A stretch of 62,635 nucleotides of DNA, the filler included. It is 6 parts of 6 records of this genome, joined end to end, with 100 filler letters (N's around TTAATTAATTAA, not from the genome) between each part and the next. Parts side by side here need not be neighbours in the genome. Positions count along the whole stretch, not along the records: positions 8,641 to 27,994 come from SRR20825019_643; positions 28,095 to 36,150 come from SRR20825019_645; 4 more parts are not named here. One strand, written 5' to 3'. Made by a program: the position numbers and the translations under genes. A model generated the notes under the pieces. It was not told the origin of the DNA, ran no database searches, and saw nothing but the letters and a program-made list of their open reading frames with translations. Shown piece by piece: positions 19,884-30,945 of this stretch. Numbering within the stretch: position 1 is the first letter of the stretch; the number at the start of each line of letters is the position of its first letter.

Positions 19884-21017
19884 ATGACAATTCGTATTCT
19901 TCAGCATCGCACGCTCTATCGTGACGATCACTTTTACAGCGCCTTCCCTGCGGTGTTGGCATTGCCCGCCGGCGATGTGCTTCTTGCGTTTCGCCGGGCA
20001 CCCGACCACCGATGGCTACTGGGCGACGCGGCAGACGAGGACCTTGACGCGGTTGACCATGTGCATTTCCGCTCACATATCGCGATGATGCGTCTTGATA
20101 GCGGGCTTGAGGTAAAGGATGATGCTTGGTCTTTGCCCAGCCACCCGGAAGCGGGGGATCAGGATGCGAACCTCTTTCTTACCTCAAAGGGTAGGCTTAT
20201 CCAGTATGGTTTTCTATGGTACCCGGTTACCTATGAGATCGCTAAGAAGCTGAAGGAGCTTGGGCTAGCCGGTCCCTTGATGGCAGACAGGTTTGGTGCG
20301 GGGTATATTTATTGGGCGAGCTATACCCGGATCAGCGACGACGGCGGGTACACTTGGTCTGACCATAAATTGATGCCGCGCGACCCTCTTATTAAGGCGG
20401 GTCGTGATGCTTTTGCGCCCTATAGTTCTGCGCTGAGAGGCCGTATGGTGGAGTGCGCGGACGGCTCACTTCTAATACCCGCCTATAACGGAAGCCTTGC
20501 AGGATGTGAATTGCCTGCGGTTCGCTTTTTCAGGTCAGAGGATGATGGGGAAAGCTGGCAGGTGCAGGATACCTTGATTTCCCTGCCTGATATTTCGCTG
20601 GCGGAGCCTGCACTCGCTTATTGGCCGAAGGGTGCCCTCACGGTTTTTAACCGAACGGGACACAACGAAGATCGTCTTGTTATTGCATCGTCTTATGATG
20701 AGGGCGAGACATTCTCAAAACCTGAAAGTGTTGGCATTAAAGGGCACCCGTATGACCCACTGGTGTTGCCAGATGGACGCTTGTTCTTGGTTTATGGCTA
20801 CCGCCATGAACCCATGGGCGTTCGTGCCAGGCTGGTAGAGCTTGGGCAACGACTTGAAGATGCCGATGAGGTCGTCATAAGGGACGATAGCGCCAGTAAA
20901 GATGTGGGATATCCATCAGCGACACGGTTGCCGAGTGGTCAAATCCTGATCGCCTACTATATTGCTGATAAGAGAGGCGTTCGCGGTATTGACGGGACCC
21001 TCATCGATATTGATTGA
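19884..21017 (+). CDS. Sialidase-family / BNR (Asp-box) beta-propeller protein
   Basis: Asp boxes SDDGGYTW, SEDDGESW, SYDEGETF; YSAFP near the N-terminus, DVGYPS near the C-terminus; ATG at 19884; no signal peptide seen. Confidence 0.75.
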   Translation: MTIRILQHRTLYRDDHFYSAFPAVLALPAGDVLLAFRRAPDHRWLLGDAADEDLDAVDHVHFRSHIAMMRLDSGLEVKDDAWSLPSHPEAGDQDANLFLTSKGRLIQYGFLWYPVTYEIAKKLKELGLAGPLMADRFGAGYIYWASYTRISDDGGYTWSDHKLMPRDPLIKAGRDAFAPYSSALRGRMVECADGSLLIPAYNGSLAGCELPAVRFFRSEDDGESWQVQDTLISLPDISLAEPALAYWPKGALTVFNRTGHNEDRLVIASSYDEGETFSKPESVGIKGHPYDPLVLPDGRLFLVYGYRHEPMGVRARLVELGQRLEDADEVVIRDDSASKDVGYPSATRLPSGQILIAYYIADKRGVRGIDGTLIDID

Positions 21018-21033
21018 GTTATTGAAGGAAGGA

Positions 21034-21459
21034 ATGTTTGTGGCGCTGACAACAGAAGACCTGAAGGCAAGGGGCTATCGCACCTGGGGTGACGAAGACC
21101 CGTTTGAAAATCTGGTGGCGCCATTTTACTTCAAGGAAAGGGACGAAGAGATAAGGTGCGCATTTGTTTCCGAGCGTAAGCACTGCAATGGTCATGGCAT
21201 GTTGCACGGCGGTCTGTTGATGACGTTTGCCGACTTTGCGCTGTTTGCCTTGGCGAGAAAAGAGCTGAGTGGTCCTACTGTGACCGTTGGCTTTAATGCG
21301 GAATTTGTATCCGCAGGGCTTGAGGGCCAGTTGATCGAAGCCCGTGGTGAAGTGGTGCGCTCAACCAAATCGCTTTTATTCGTGCGCGGTGAGATATTCT
21401 CTGGCGAGACCACCATTCTGACTTTCAGCGGAATTTTGAAGCGCGTACGCGGCCAATAG
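21034..21459 (+). CDS. PaaI family thioesterase
   Basis: HCNGHGMLHGGLLMTFAD hot-dog motif; purine-rich RBS before the ATG at 21034. Confidence 0.88.
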   Translation: MFVALTTEDLKARGYRTWGDEDPFENLVAPFYFKERDEEIRCAFVSERKHCNGHGMLHGGLLMTFADFALFALARKELSGPTVTVGFNAEFVSAGLEGQLIEARGEVVRSTKSLLFVRGEIFSGETTILTFSGILKRVRGQ

Positions 21460-21467
21460 GCCAGCTT

Positions 21468-22262
21468 TTATGCAGCCAATGCCTTGCATTTGCGCGCGGT
21501 AGTGTCGTCTGCGGGAAAAAGACACTCTATCCTGATTTCGGCAAGTGTTACGTCGCGCGGTGTACCAAAGGTCGAAACAGTTGAAAAAAACGCAAGCGTT
21601 GACCTTTTGTCGTTAAAATAAGTGGTCAGCAAGGGCAGAGGCGCTGTCCCGGGTTCTCTGTGTCGCCATTCTTCAGGCACGTTCGGGTACGACATAATCT
21701 CATTCAATAAGGCTTTTGCCCGTGCATCTTGTGGTGAGCCCGCGATATCATTGTGTAGATGCCGCATCAAATCGCTCGCGACCTCTTCCCAATTATTAAG
21801 GTGTGGGCGCATATCGCTTGGGTCGAAGACCTGATGCAGTATATTTCCGTGTTTCGCGCCACCCTCTCGCAGGTATGCGAACAAGCGTTGCGCTGCGTCA
21901 TTGACCATCAGCACGTCCCAGTACCGATTTATCACAAATGCTGGATAAGGTTCCTGCTGTTTTAGAATGCAGTCGATGGCCTGTTTTATGGGCGCGATCT
22001 CATCATCAGATAAGTCAATGCGGCTATATTTAGGGGCGAAACCGGCCGCGATAAGAAGCGCATTCTGCTCCCGGAGCGGTATGCTCAGTGCATCAGAAAG
22101 GCGAGCCAGAAGCGCCGGGCTTGGCTGCGACTTACCGGTCTCAACACAGCTTAGGTGTCGGGTTGAAACGCCGGCGTTAAGCGCGAGGTCCATCTGGCTC
22201 AAGTGTCGGCTTGTTCGCCAGGCACGTACCAAAGCACCAACATGGGCGTAAGGCTGCATCAC
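21468..22262 (-). CDS. XRE-family HTH regulator with MmyB-like ligand-binding domain
   Basis: SQMDLALNAGVSTRHLSCVETGKSQPS, LLIAAGFAP, EPYPAFV, FGTPRDVTLAEIRIE..FPAD. Confidence 0.9.
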   Translation of the reverse strand: MMQPYAHVGALVRAWRTSRHLSQMDLALNAGVSTRHLSCVETGKSQPSPALLARLSDALSIPLREQNALLIAAGFAPKYSRIDLSDDEIAPIKQAIDCILKQQEPYPAFVINRYWDVLMVNDAAQRLFAYLREGGAKHGNILHQVFDPSDMRPHLNNWEEVASDLMRHLHNDIAGSPQDARAKALLNEIMSYPNVPEEWRHREPGTAPLPLLTTYFNDKRSTLAFFSTVSTFGTPRDVTLAEIRIECLFPADDTTARKCKALAA

Positions 22263-22326
22263 TCGTTCTCTCTCTTTTCAGATAATCAGTATCAACCAGA
22301 TCATAGCGCTGAAATACCATAATTCC

Positions 22327-22343
22327 ATGACCTTAGAGGTCAT
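22327..22343. promoter_or_regulatory. Palindromic operator candidate between the divergent regulator and hydrolase
   Basis: ATGACCT-tag-AGGTCAT with perfect 7-bp arms. Confidence 0.65.
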
Positions 22344-22418
22344 TGATTTCATGTAGTGCACTTCGCCAATCTCGTCATCAACGGGCATAGCCAATAAGCC
22401 CGATCATGCATTGGAGAA

Positions 22419-23405
22419 GTGAGAATGAAACGCAGACAGTTTTTAAGAATGGCTGGAGGCACGACAGCCGCCGCTGTGATGATGGCAGTCGTAAAGGTGG
22501 GTAGTGGACCTGCTTTTGGTAATAATCTGGCCAAAGATTATACAGCGAACGATTATGGACATAAACGGCAGTATATGCAGTCAAAATTCGGTCGCATCGC
22601 ATATCTGGATGAGGGGCGCGGAGATACTGTACTTCTGTTGCATGGCTTTCCCCTCAATAATTTTCAGTGGCGTGGTGTTATACCCAGACTAACGGGCTTA
22701 CGGCGTTGCCTTGCACCGGACTTTATGGGGCTAGGATATACAGAAGTAGCTCAAGGCCAAAGTGTTGCCCCTTTAGACCAAGCTGAGATGCTGGCGGACT
22801 TTTTGGATCAGCTCTCCATTGCATCTGTTGATCTTATTGCGAACGATAGTGGCGGTGCGGTCGCGCAGATATTTGCTGTGAAGTACCCTGACAGGGTACG
22901 CAGCATTTTATTCACCAACTGTGACGTTGAGCCAGATAGCCCGCCACCAGCGCTTGAGCCGGTGATTGAAATGGCACGAGACGGGACATATCCCGATAAG
23001 TGGCTTGTGCCTTGGCTGAACGACAAAGAACTCGCGCGCTCAAAAGACGGACTGGGTGGTCTCTGCTATAGCAAACCGGGGCAGCCGACCGATGAGGCGG
23101 TTGATATGTACCTCAGCCCGCTTGTGCGTAGCGCCGAGCGTAAAGCACTGACAAACGCTTATACCCTTGGGCTGACCCCCAACCCGCTCGCAGGAATTGA
23201 AGCAGAGCTTCGTAAGCTAAAGATGCCGGTGCGCATTGTTTGGGGCATGGCGGACGATATTTTTGCCAAAGAAAGCCCAGACTATCTTGACGGTATAATG
23301 CCAAATTCAAAAGGCATTCGACGGCTGAAAACCGCAAAACTGTTTTTTCCTGAAGAATACCCGGAAATTGTAGCGGACGAGGCAGTCAAGCTTTGGCGGG
23401 CATAG
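22419..23405 (+). CDS. Tat-exported alpha/beta hydrolase (epoxide hydrolase/haloalkane dehalogenase-like fold)
   Basis: KRRQFL twin-arginine signal; LLHGFP, RCLAPDFMGLG, nucleophile elbow ANDSGG. Confidence 0.85.
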   Translation: MRMKRRQFLRMAGGTTAAAVMMAVVKVGSGPAFGNNLAKDYTANDYGHKRQYMQSKFGRIAYLDEGRGDTVLLLHGFPLNNFQWRGVIPRLTGLRRCLAPDFMGLGYTEVAQGQSVAPLDQAEMLADFLDQLSIASVDLIANDSGGAVAQIFAVKYPDRVRSILFTNCDVEPDSPPPALEPVIEMARDGTYPDKWLVPWLNDKELARSKDGLGGLCYSKPGQPTDEAVDMYLSPLVRSAERKALTNAYTLGLTPNPLAGIEAELRKLKMPVRIVWGMADDIFAKESPDYLDGIMPNSKGIRRLKTAKLFFPEEYPEIVADEAVKLWRA

Positions 23406-23418
23406 GGGGTAGAGGGTT

Positions 23419-23444
23419 AGCATGCGGGAGAACTTCCGCATGCT
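23419..23444. terminator. Hairpin between convergent genes
   Basis: AGCATGCGG-gagaactt-CCGCATGCT. Confidence 0.6.
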
Positions 23445-24769
23445 TAACTTTCCGCAATACGAACCATCTCATTCACGTCGACAAGTTTTTTGCGCGGGGC
23501 GCCTGCCGCCGCGCTGGCTTCCTCACTTGCCTCAATTTTCTTCCAGGTTTGGAAGGTCACGATATGAAGGTCACGCTCCTTCACAACATGGTCAAGGCCC
23601 GCGCGGCCTGCTTTCCCCGAAGCGTGTACTTCACTGAGGATTTTTTGAGCCACCTCGACACCATCTGGCTTATTGGTGCCGATGGTGCCTGTGGGGCCGC
23701 GCTTTGCCCAGCCTACGCAATAAAGGCCATCGTCGATGCGGCCGTCCTCATTTTCAAAGTGACCGTAGCGTTCACTATAGGGCACGTCAGGTATTGGGCT
23801 GGTGCGATACCCGATGCACGGCACGATCAGCCCGGCAGGCAACACTTCTGTGACGCCCGTACCAATACATTTGCCGTCTTCAACGCGTGTTTCTTCAAGC
23901 CGGATGCCGCAGACACATTTTTCACCCAGTATCGCCATAGGGCGGCGATAAAACTGGAGGTGAAGGCGCACGGGTTTCATGTCAGGCGTGTTGGCTGCCA
24001 TGGTTCTTAACGCTGCCATGTTCTTTTTGGCGGCACCTGCGAGTGTTTCACCTGTGGCCTCATCAGGCAGTTGGCTTCCATCCACCAGCGCAACGCAGTT
24101 CTCCAGCCGGTTTAGTTCACCAAGCTCTTTGGGGGTGAAGCTGGCTTCAAGCGGACCGCGTCGTCCAAGGATATATATATCCTTGATCGGGGAACCGTGG
24201 ATGCTGTTGGCAGCATGGTCAGCCAAGTCTGATGACGACATCTCGCTGGCGGTTTTAGCCAGCACACGGGCTACATCAACCGCTACATTACCGTTACCGA
24301 TCACAGCGACAGACGCGACGCGTAGATCAGGCTGCAGGTCTTTATAATCAGGGTGCGCATTGTACCAGCCAACAAAGGCGCCCGAGCCTATGACGCCATG
24401 CAGGTCTTCACCTTCAATGCGCAGCGGGCGATCTTTACCCGCGCCTGTTGCAAGCACAACAGCGTCATACAGTTCGCGTAACTCTGTGAGTGTAATATCA
24501 CGGCCAAGCGAGAGGTTGCCGACAAACCGTACATTGTCGCGCTGGTTGGTGGCCTCATACCGGCGAGATACGTTTTTGATGGATTGATGGTCAGGGGCGA
24601 CACCGGCACGGATCAGGCCAAATGGCGTAGGGAGACGGTCAATGATATCAACATTCACTGATTGATCGGTCCCTGTCAGTGCTTCGGCGGTATAGTAACC
24701 AGCAGGACCTGCGCCGATGACTGCGACATTCAATGTGTCTGGACCGTTCAAAGCGCCGTTTTTGCCCAT
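23444..24769 (-). CDS. Ferredoxin--NADP+ reductase (adrenodoxin reductase/FprA-like)
   Basis: VIGAGPAG, PTPFGLIR.GVAPDH, VIGNGNVAVDVAR, GRRG, GWAKRGPTGTIGTNK. Confidence 0.92.
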   Translation of the reverse strand: MGKNGALNGPDTLNVAVIGAGPAGYYTAEALTGTDQSVNVDIIDRLPTPFGLIRAGVAPDHQSIKNVSRRYEATNQRDNVRFVGNLSLGRDITLTELRELYDAVVLATGAGKDRPLRIEGEDLHGVIGSGAFVGWYNAHPDYKDLQPDLRVASVAVIGNGNVAVDVARVLAKTASEMSSSDLADHAANSIHGSPIKDIYILGRRGPLEASFTPKELGELNRLENCVALVDGSQLPDEATGETLAGAAKKNMAALRTMAANTPDMKPVRLHLQFYRRPMAILGEKCVCGIRLEETRVEDGKCIGTGVTEVLPAGLIVPCIGYRTSPIPDVPYSERYGHFENEDGRIDDGLYCVGWAKRGPTGTIGTNKPDGVEVAQKILSEVHASGKAGRAGLDHVVKERDLHIVTFQTWKKIEASEEASAAAGAPRKKLVDVNEMVRIAES

Positions 24770-24932
24770 ATATCCCTCCCTGATTTGGCCCTAGCATGCC
24801 ACGCCTGAGACATTTCGCCAAGTCGGGTGAGGTAAAGCTGCTGGTAGGTGAGCGCTACTGTGCTAAACTGTTAGTTTAAGAGGCGCGAGTGTTGCGTTGT
24901 GCCGGTTACAAAAGCAATAAACGGGGGAAATC

Positions 24933-26705
24933 ATGAAATCGTTATTGCCACCATTTGCTCTACTTGCCGCCTGTGGCGGTCTCTATTTGTTGCAGGCACC
25001 CAATGAGGCTGGTGTGGCCGATCCGGTGCCTTACGCCTTTAACCCGACAGAGATCAGGCAGAATATCTGCGGCCCGGTCGGCACGAAGCGCGGAATACTG
25101 TTTCGCCCGGATGTGGCACATCTGTTGTCGAGCGCAGCATTCGCCGACGATGTTTCAGACACGGACGTACCGCTGATTGAGGGGCTGGATGATCGAGATT
25201 TCCCAATTTCAAGCGAAGTAGCCCTGACACGCGCCTATTTCCGCCAGGGTTTTGCTCTGCTCTATGGCTTTAACCATTGGGAAGCGGTCCGTGCCTTCAA
25301 AAAGGCTCAGGAGTTAGACCCAGAATGCGCAATTTGTTATTGGGGGGAGGCTTATGCGCTTGGCCCGAATATCAACGCCCCGATGGATGAGGCCGCACAT
25401 GCACAGGCGGTTGTGGCGGTTGAGCAAGCACATAGTCTCCGTCAATACGCAAATGAGCGCGAAGCACAGCTAATTGATGCATTGCGGCAGCGCTACAGCA
25501 TGGATGAAAATGTCACCCGCGCTGAGTTGGACCAAAAGTATGCGGATGCAATGGCGGGGGTGGTAAAGCTGTACCCAAATGATCAGGATATCGCCACACT
25601 GTATGCGGAATCGTTGATGGATGCCTCGCCTTGGGATTATTGGGAAAGAGATTTCACCACCCCGAAACCTCACATTCAAGTCGCGATCGACACGATTGAG
25701 AAGGTCCTCGCCACCAATCCGGATCACTACGGCGCAATCCATCTATATATTCACCTGTATGAAGCAAGCAGCATTGCAGCAAAGGCCGAACCTTATGCCG
25801 ACAAGCTTGCCGGCCTAGCGCCGGGGGCGGGGCATTTGGTGCATATGCCGGGGCATATTTATTATCGTATCGGCCGTTATCTGGATAGTTTGGAGACCAA
25901 CATCAAAGCTGTGGCGGTGGATGAGGCCTACCTCGCGAGTACATCGGGCTCTAACCTCTACCGTTTCGGCTATTATCCGCACAATGTGCATTTTGTGTTG
26001 GTGTCGGCGCAAATGGCATCAGACGGCGCGGTTGCGCTCGAATACGCCGCTAAACTTGATGCGCTGATCCCTCTTGAAGTGCTCCGGGAAGCAGCCTGGA
26101 TTGCGCCAATCAAAGCGGCGCCATATTTTGTGCAGGCGCAGTTTTCGAGCCTTGATGAAGTGCTTGCCTTACCTGATCCGGGGGAAGATTTCGCCTATAT
26201 CAAGGCTATGTGGCATTATGCGCGTGGTACAGCGCTTGCGGCAGCTGGCGATGCACGAGCGGAAGCTGAAATAGAGGCCATTGAGGCGCTTCTTGAGCAT
26301 GAGGATATTAAAAATGCCAGCATACCTGCGGTGGCGATTCTTCGTGTTGCGAGGGATACGGTAGAAGGCCGATACCTGATGAGCCAAGGGAAACATCTTG
26401 AGGCAGTGCCGCTGTTTGAAAAGGCGGTCGCAAGCCAAGACAGCATGAGCTACACAGAACCGCCTTTTTGGTATTATGCTGCAGAGCAGAGCCTTGGCGC
26501 GGCCTATTATGAAGCAGGAAGGTATGATGATGCCGAGAATGCGTTCAAGGCGAGCCTCGTGCGGCACCCCAACAGCGCTTGGTCTCTGTTTGGTTTGTGG
26601 CAGACGCAAGTGAAGCTTGGGCGTGATGGGGAAGCCGCGATGACCAAAAAGCTGCTTGAGCGAGCGAGCCACAATAGTGAAAATGTACCGTTTATAAAGC
26701 TCTAG
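24933..26705 (+). CDS. Exported tetratricopeptide-repeat protein
   Basis: Signal-like N-terminus; TPR-like helices; GFNHWEA, GPNIN, H.YIH..E, HLVHMPGHIY, YYPHN motifs. Confidence 0.8.
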   Translation: MKSLLPPFALLAACGGLYLLQAPNEAGVADPVPYAFNPTEIRQNICGPVGTKRGILFRPDVAHLLSSAAFADDVSDTDVPLIEGLDDRDFPISSEVALTRAYFRQGFALLYGFNHWEAVRAFKKAQELDPECAICYWGEAYALGPNINAPMDEAAHAQAVVAVEQAHSLRQYANEREAQLIDALRQRYSMDENVTRAELDQKYADAMAGVVKLYPNDQDIATLYAESLMDASPWDYWERDFTTPKPHIQVAIDTIEKVLATNPDHYGAIHLYIHLYEASSIAAKAEPYADKLAGLAPGAGHLVHMPGHIYYRIGRYLDSLETNIKAVAVDEAYLASTSGSNLYRFGYYPHNVHFVLVSAQMASDGAVALEYAAKLDALIPLEVLREAAWIAPIKAAPYFVQAQFSSLDEVLALPDPGEDFAYIKAMWHYARGTALAAAGDARAEAEIEAIEALLEHEDIKNASIPAVAILRVARDTVEGRYLMSQGKHLEAVPLFEKAVASQDSMSYTEPPFWYYAAEQSLGAAYYEAGRYDDAENAFKASLVRHPNSAWSLFGLWQTQVKLGRDGEAAMTKKLLERASHNSENVPFIKL

Positions 26706-26724
26706 TCAGCTGCCAAAAACGAAC

Positions 26725-26759
26725 CCCACGCGATTTTCTTTTATAGGTGATCGCGTGGG
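26725..26759. terminator. Terminator-like hairpin after the TPR gene
   Basis: CCCACGCGAT ... ATCGCGTGGG 10-bp inverted repeat. Confidence 0.5.
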
Positions 26760-26883
26760 TATGAATGCTTTTGACGTCGTGCCTTGAAGCTTTCGCGACC
26801 ATATGTAGAGGCATCTTTATCCGTGCCGTAGCGGCCGAAATCAAATCAGTCTCAAAATATTCACAAAAAATCTGCTGTACCCC

Positions 26884-26913
26884 CTTGAACCTGTCACGAG
26901 AGAGGCATAAATA
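26884..26913 (+). promoter_or_regulatory. Possible RpoH (sigma32) promoter of groESL
   Basis: CTTGAA -35-like hexamer upstream of the CIRCE; the -10 match is weak. Confidence 0.4.
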
Positions 26914-26924
26914 GAGGCACGGTG

Positions 26925-26951
26925 TTAGCACTCATGGGAAGTGAGTGCTAA
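26925..26951. promoter_or_regulatory. CIRCE element (HrcA operator)
   Basis: Exact TTAGCACTC-N9-GAGTGCTAA upstream of groES. Confidence 0.97.
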
Positions 26952-26990
26952 CAGTTCAAATTTCCGGTTTATCATATTAGGAGACAAACC

Positions 26991-27278
26991 ATGGCTTTTC
27001 GTCCGCTTCATGACCGCGTATTGGTCAAGCGCCTAGAGAGCGAAGCTAAAACTGCTGGCGGCATCATTCTGCCGGATACAGTTAAAGAAAAACCATCAGA
27101 AGGCGAAGTGATCGCTGTTGGTACAGGTATCAAAGCCGAAGACGGCAAAGTAACCGCGCTTGACGTAAAGGTCGGCGACAAGGTTCTGTTCGGCAAATGG
27201 TCCGGCACCGAGGTTAAGGTTGACGGCCAAGACCTGCTGATCATGCAAGAAAAAGACATCATGGGGATCATTGAGTAA
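26991..27278 (+). CDS. groES: Co-chaperonin GroES
   Basis: [37 protein letters not shown]. Confidence 0.98.
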   Translation: MAFRPLHDRVLVKRLESEAKTAGGIILPDTVKEKPSEGEVIAVGTGIKAEDGKVTALDVKVGDKVLFGKWSGTEVKVDGQDLLIMQEKDIMGIIE

Positions 27279-27287
27279 TCACTCTGA

Positions 27288-27994
<707 letters not shown>

Positions 27995-28094
27995 NNNNNN
28001 NNNNNNNNNNNNNNNNNNNNNNNNNNNNNNNNNNNNNNTTAATTAATTAANNNNNNNNNNNNNNNNNNNNNNNNNNNNNNNNNNNNNNNNNNNN
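27995..28094. other. Artificial contig spacer
   Basis: N-run/TTAATTAATTAA/N-run. Confidence 0.98.
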
Positions 28095-28122
28095 CACGCT
28101 CTGCCAGCTGAGCCAACGGAGC
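28095..28122 (-). tRNA. tRNA 5' fragment (acceptor strand and D arm; anticodon cut off)
   Basis: Minus strand GCTCCGTTGGCTCAGCTGGCAGAGCGTG: 7-nt acceptor strand, TG, GCTC/GAGC D-stem, GG in the D-loop. Confidence 0.7.
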
Positions 28123-28735
28123 TTGAAGGGAAAGGACCCTTTTTTTGATGATGGTTGAGAAAAAAAAGGGTATTTAAATCGAAGGAAAAATCTTGCTGGC
28201 TGGGTTTGTGTCGATTTCATGGTTATAGTATGGGCCTAATCCCAAGCCTCCCGGCAGCCGGGTGGTACGCAGGTTTGTGCGGCCGCCTTTGCGGTTTCGC
28301 GGGCGATCATCGTCGGTGAGCCGTGCCGGGGCCGACCGGACTCGGCCGTCGGGCGGGCGCAGTCAGCGATGCCCCGCCCCCGGCCCTTGCCGGCCAGCGC
28401 CCCCGTGCTGCGGAAACCACCACCACAAGAAGTATGCAGCTTCCCGAGCGCACGCGCGCCGCAGAGACCGACCAACCAGGAGTTTCAGTTGAGACTGGGT
28501 GGTGCGAAAAAAAAGGCCCCGTCGTTGCGGTGCCAGGGGGCCAAGACCGCCGGGGTCCCTGGGCAGGCCGGTCATGGAGCCGCAAGCCCAAAAGCACCGA
28601 GGCCTCGGTACCACAACAGGGGGACAGGCCAATGAAATCTGCTGACCCTGTGGGCCAAAAAAGGACCGAACACAAGCAACACCGCCCTCGATCAACTTTA
28701 GTTACTGCGCTGAGGGCACCCCCCCCCCCGCCCGA

Positions 28736-30082
28736 TCAGACCACCGCCTCCCCGCCCGGGGTGTGGTACTGGTCCAGGAGCTTGACGACCTCCGCGTACA
28801 CGGTATCCTTGGCGGCGGTGGACCACACAAAGTCGCTGTGGCCGTAGGTCTTGTAGTTGATGTTCCGGACGATCTGGCCCTGCGGGAGCTCCGAGATGGT
28901 CCTCGCGCAGTCCTTCGGGTCCGCGATCTTGTCGTTTCCGCCGTGGAAGACGGCGAGCCTGGTCTTCACCGCGCCGAGGTCGTACATCGGGGGCTTGTCC
29001 TGGCCGTAGCGCTGCCGGTTCAGCTCGGGGGTGCCCCAGTCGTAGCGCTTGAACTCCCGGGTGTTCTGCAGCTGCTCAAAGTGCCTAAAGTCCTGGAAGG
29101 ACACGTCCATGGGGTACCGGGCGAAGAGCCACTTGAACCGGCTCGGGTCGAGGTTCTTCTTGCTCTCGCAACCGGCGATGTCGCACACGCGCCCCGCGCA
29201 GAGGGGCACGACGGGGCAGAAGCCGTGGAGGAAGCCGCGGACGCTGGACCACAGGGAGCTGGAGCAGGTCTGGAGGCTGACCCGCTTGCAGAAGGTGTCG
29301 ACGAGCCACGTCGCGGTCCTGTTGAAGTTGATGTCCATCTCGTGGACGTACGCGACCGGCGCCAGCGCCGCCATGACCGACACACTGTCCGCGACCTCCC
29401 CCCGCGCAAAGGCCGCAAAGCCGATGAGCGTCCCCTGGCTGTGGCCCACGTACGCGACGCGCGGGGCGCCGGCGGACTTTTTCACGTATTCGATCATCGC
29501 GGGCAGGTCGTGCTCCGCCATCTCGTCGAACGACCACTCCCAGATCCGGGGGTCGTCGTTCTGGAGGGTCTGGTGCTGGAGCGGGCGCACGCCGCGGGTG
29601 TTGCCGAGCCAGACGTCGTACCCGCGGTCGGCCAGGATGTAGGGGAGGGCGTGGGTGCGGTTGTTGACCACCCAGGTCGCCGCGCTGTCGAGCACGCCGT
29701 GCTGGAGGAGGACCGGGCCGCGGGACGGGGCGGGGCCGTCCTTGACGACGACGTGCTGCAGGTTGAGGATGAAGCCGTCCGCCGTCACCGGCCGGTGGAG
29801 CTCGCACTCGAAGCCGCGGGAGCGGATGTCCGGGCAGAGGTCAAAGTCCTCGTCGCCCGCGCCCTCCGCGAGGCCCTTGAGCCCCCCGCCGGCCGCCGCG
29901 GCCGCGTCCATGCGGGCCACCTCCTCCCAGTTCTCGAGCGCGGAGGCAAACTTGGCCAGCTCGGCCGGGGTGGAGCCGGCCTGCTGGGCCCCGGCCGAGG
30001 CGACGAGGAACGCCGCCGCGACGGCCGCGAGCAGCAGCCCCGCCGCCGCCCCGCTGGTGCGCCTTGACTCGGTAACTGGCAT
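28736..30082 (-). CDS. Eukaryotic lysosomal/gastric acid lipase-like alpha/beta hydrolase
   Basis: ATG at 30082 then a signal peptide; VTADGFILNL, PVLLQHG, LADRGYDVWLGNTRG, WSFDEMA..DLPA, GHSQG, D.IAD, GHSDFVW. Confidence 0.92.
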   Translation of the reverse strand: MPVTESRRTSGAAAGLLLAAVAAAFLVASAGAQQAGSTPAELAKFASALENWEEVARMDAAAAAGGGLKGLAEGAGDEDFDLCPDIRSRGFECELHRPVTADGFILNLQHVVVKDGPAPSRGPVLLQHGVLDSAATWVVNNRTHALPYILADRGYDVWLGNTRGVRPLQHQTLQNDDPRIWEWSFDEMAEHDLPAMIEYVKKSAGAPRVAYVGHSQGTLIGFAAFARGEVADSVSVMAALAPVAYVHEMDINFNRTATWLVDTFCKRVSLQTCSSSLWSSVRGFLHGFCPVVPLCAGRVCDIAGCESKKNLDPSRFKWLFARYPMDVSFQDFRHFEQLQNTREFKRYDWGTPELNRQRYGQDKPPMYDLGAVKTRLAVFHGGNDKIADPKDCARTISELPQGQIVRNINYKTYGHSDFVWSTAAKDTVYAEVVKLLDQYHTPGGEAVV

Positions 30083-30945
30083 CGCCGGTGCTTTGCAGGT
30101 GAGGGAGACTTCCCGCGGGCGCGGGGTGGCTCTTATGCATAGCGACACGCGGTCGGGGGGGGGCGGCCGACTCACTGCGGTCTGGGGCCGGGGCGGTCGT
30201 CCGGGCCCCGGACCGGACCAACTGACCGGGCCGGCCCGGGCAAACACAATCCCCAACCACCTCGGGCGTGCCGAGCAAAGGAGGGCCCCGGGACGGGGGT
30301 GACGCCGACGCAATGGTCATCGGCGACTCACTGGCGGTCCGGTCTGGATCAAGCCACATGCCATCTGCGACACTCAGTCATCAGTGACGGGGCGGCCCGC
30401 TACACCGATGACCACTGGTCAGTTACGCCTACTGCGGATGAAATGCAACCCGTCAATCTCTATGTAACGAACGGCCTTCCACAGGGAGATCGAGGGCCGG
30501 GGGCCGCCCGAAGTCTCCACTGAGTTTTGGCGCGAGACCGCGCCTCACGGAGGACCCACTGGCCTCGGGCCCGTGACAAGCCCTAGCCGGGCCGGCACTC
30601 ATCCGATGATTGGTGGCCTTCCATCCTACCACGGCGGCGCGACTCGCCGCGCCCCCCGCCCCGCTGAGGCCCGGCCACTGTCGCACTGCCCACGGCTGGC
30701 TAGTCCGCGGGCCAGTCACCCCGGCGGCCCCCGGCCGGCCGAGGACCACCACCTGGCAGCCCCGGCCCGCCCGCCACTCCCGGGCCCCGCCGAGCAGCCT
30801 GGCCCCACCGTACGCCACCCCCGGCCGCCGCCCCCGGCATCCACGACATATATATGAACGCTGCGCTGCAGCGCTGCAGCATCACTCCATCCACCAACTA
30901 AGCTGGGACGCCCCGAGTGTGCGGCAGGAACATATACATACGCCG

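Noticed and set aside
28763-30067. 434-aa plus-strand ORF and other overlapping ORFs
   Set aside because: Shadows of the lipase gene caused by very high GC and scarce stop codons.
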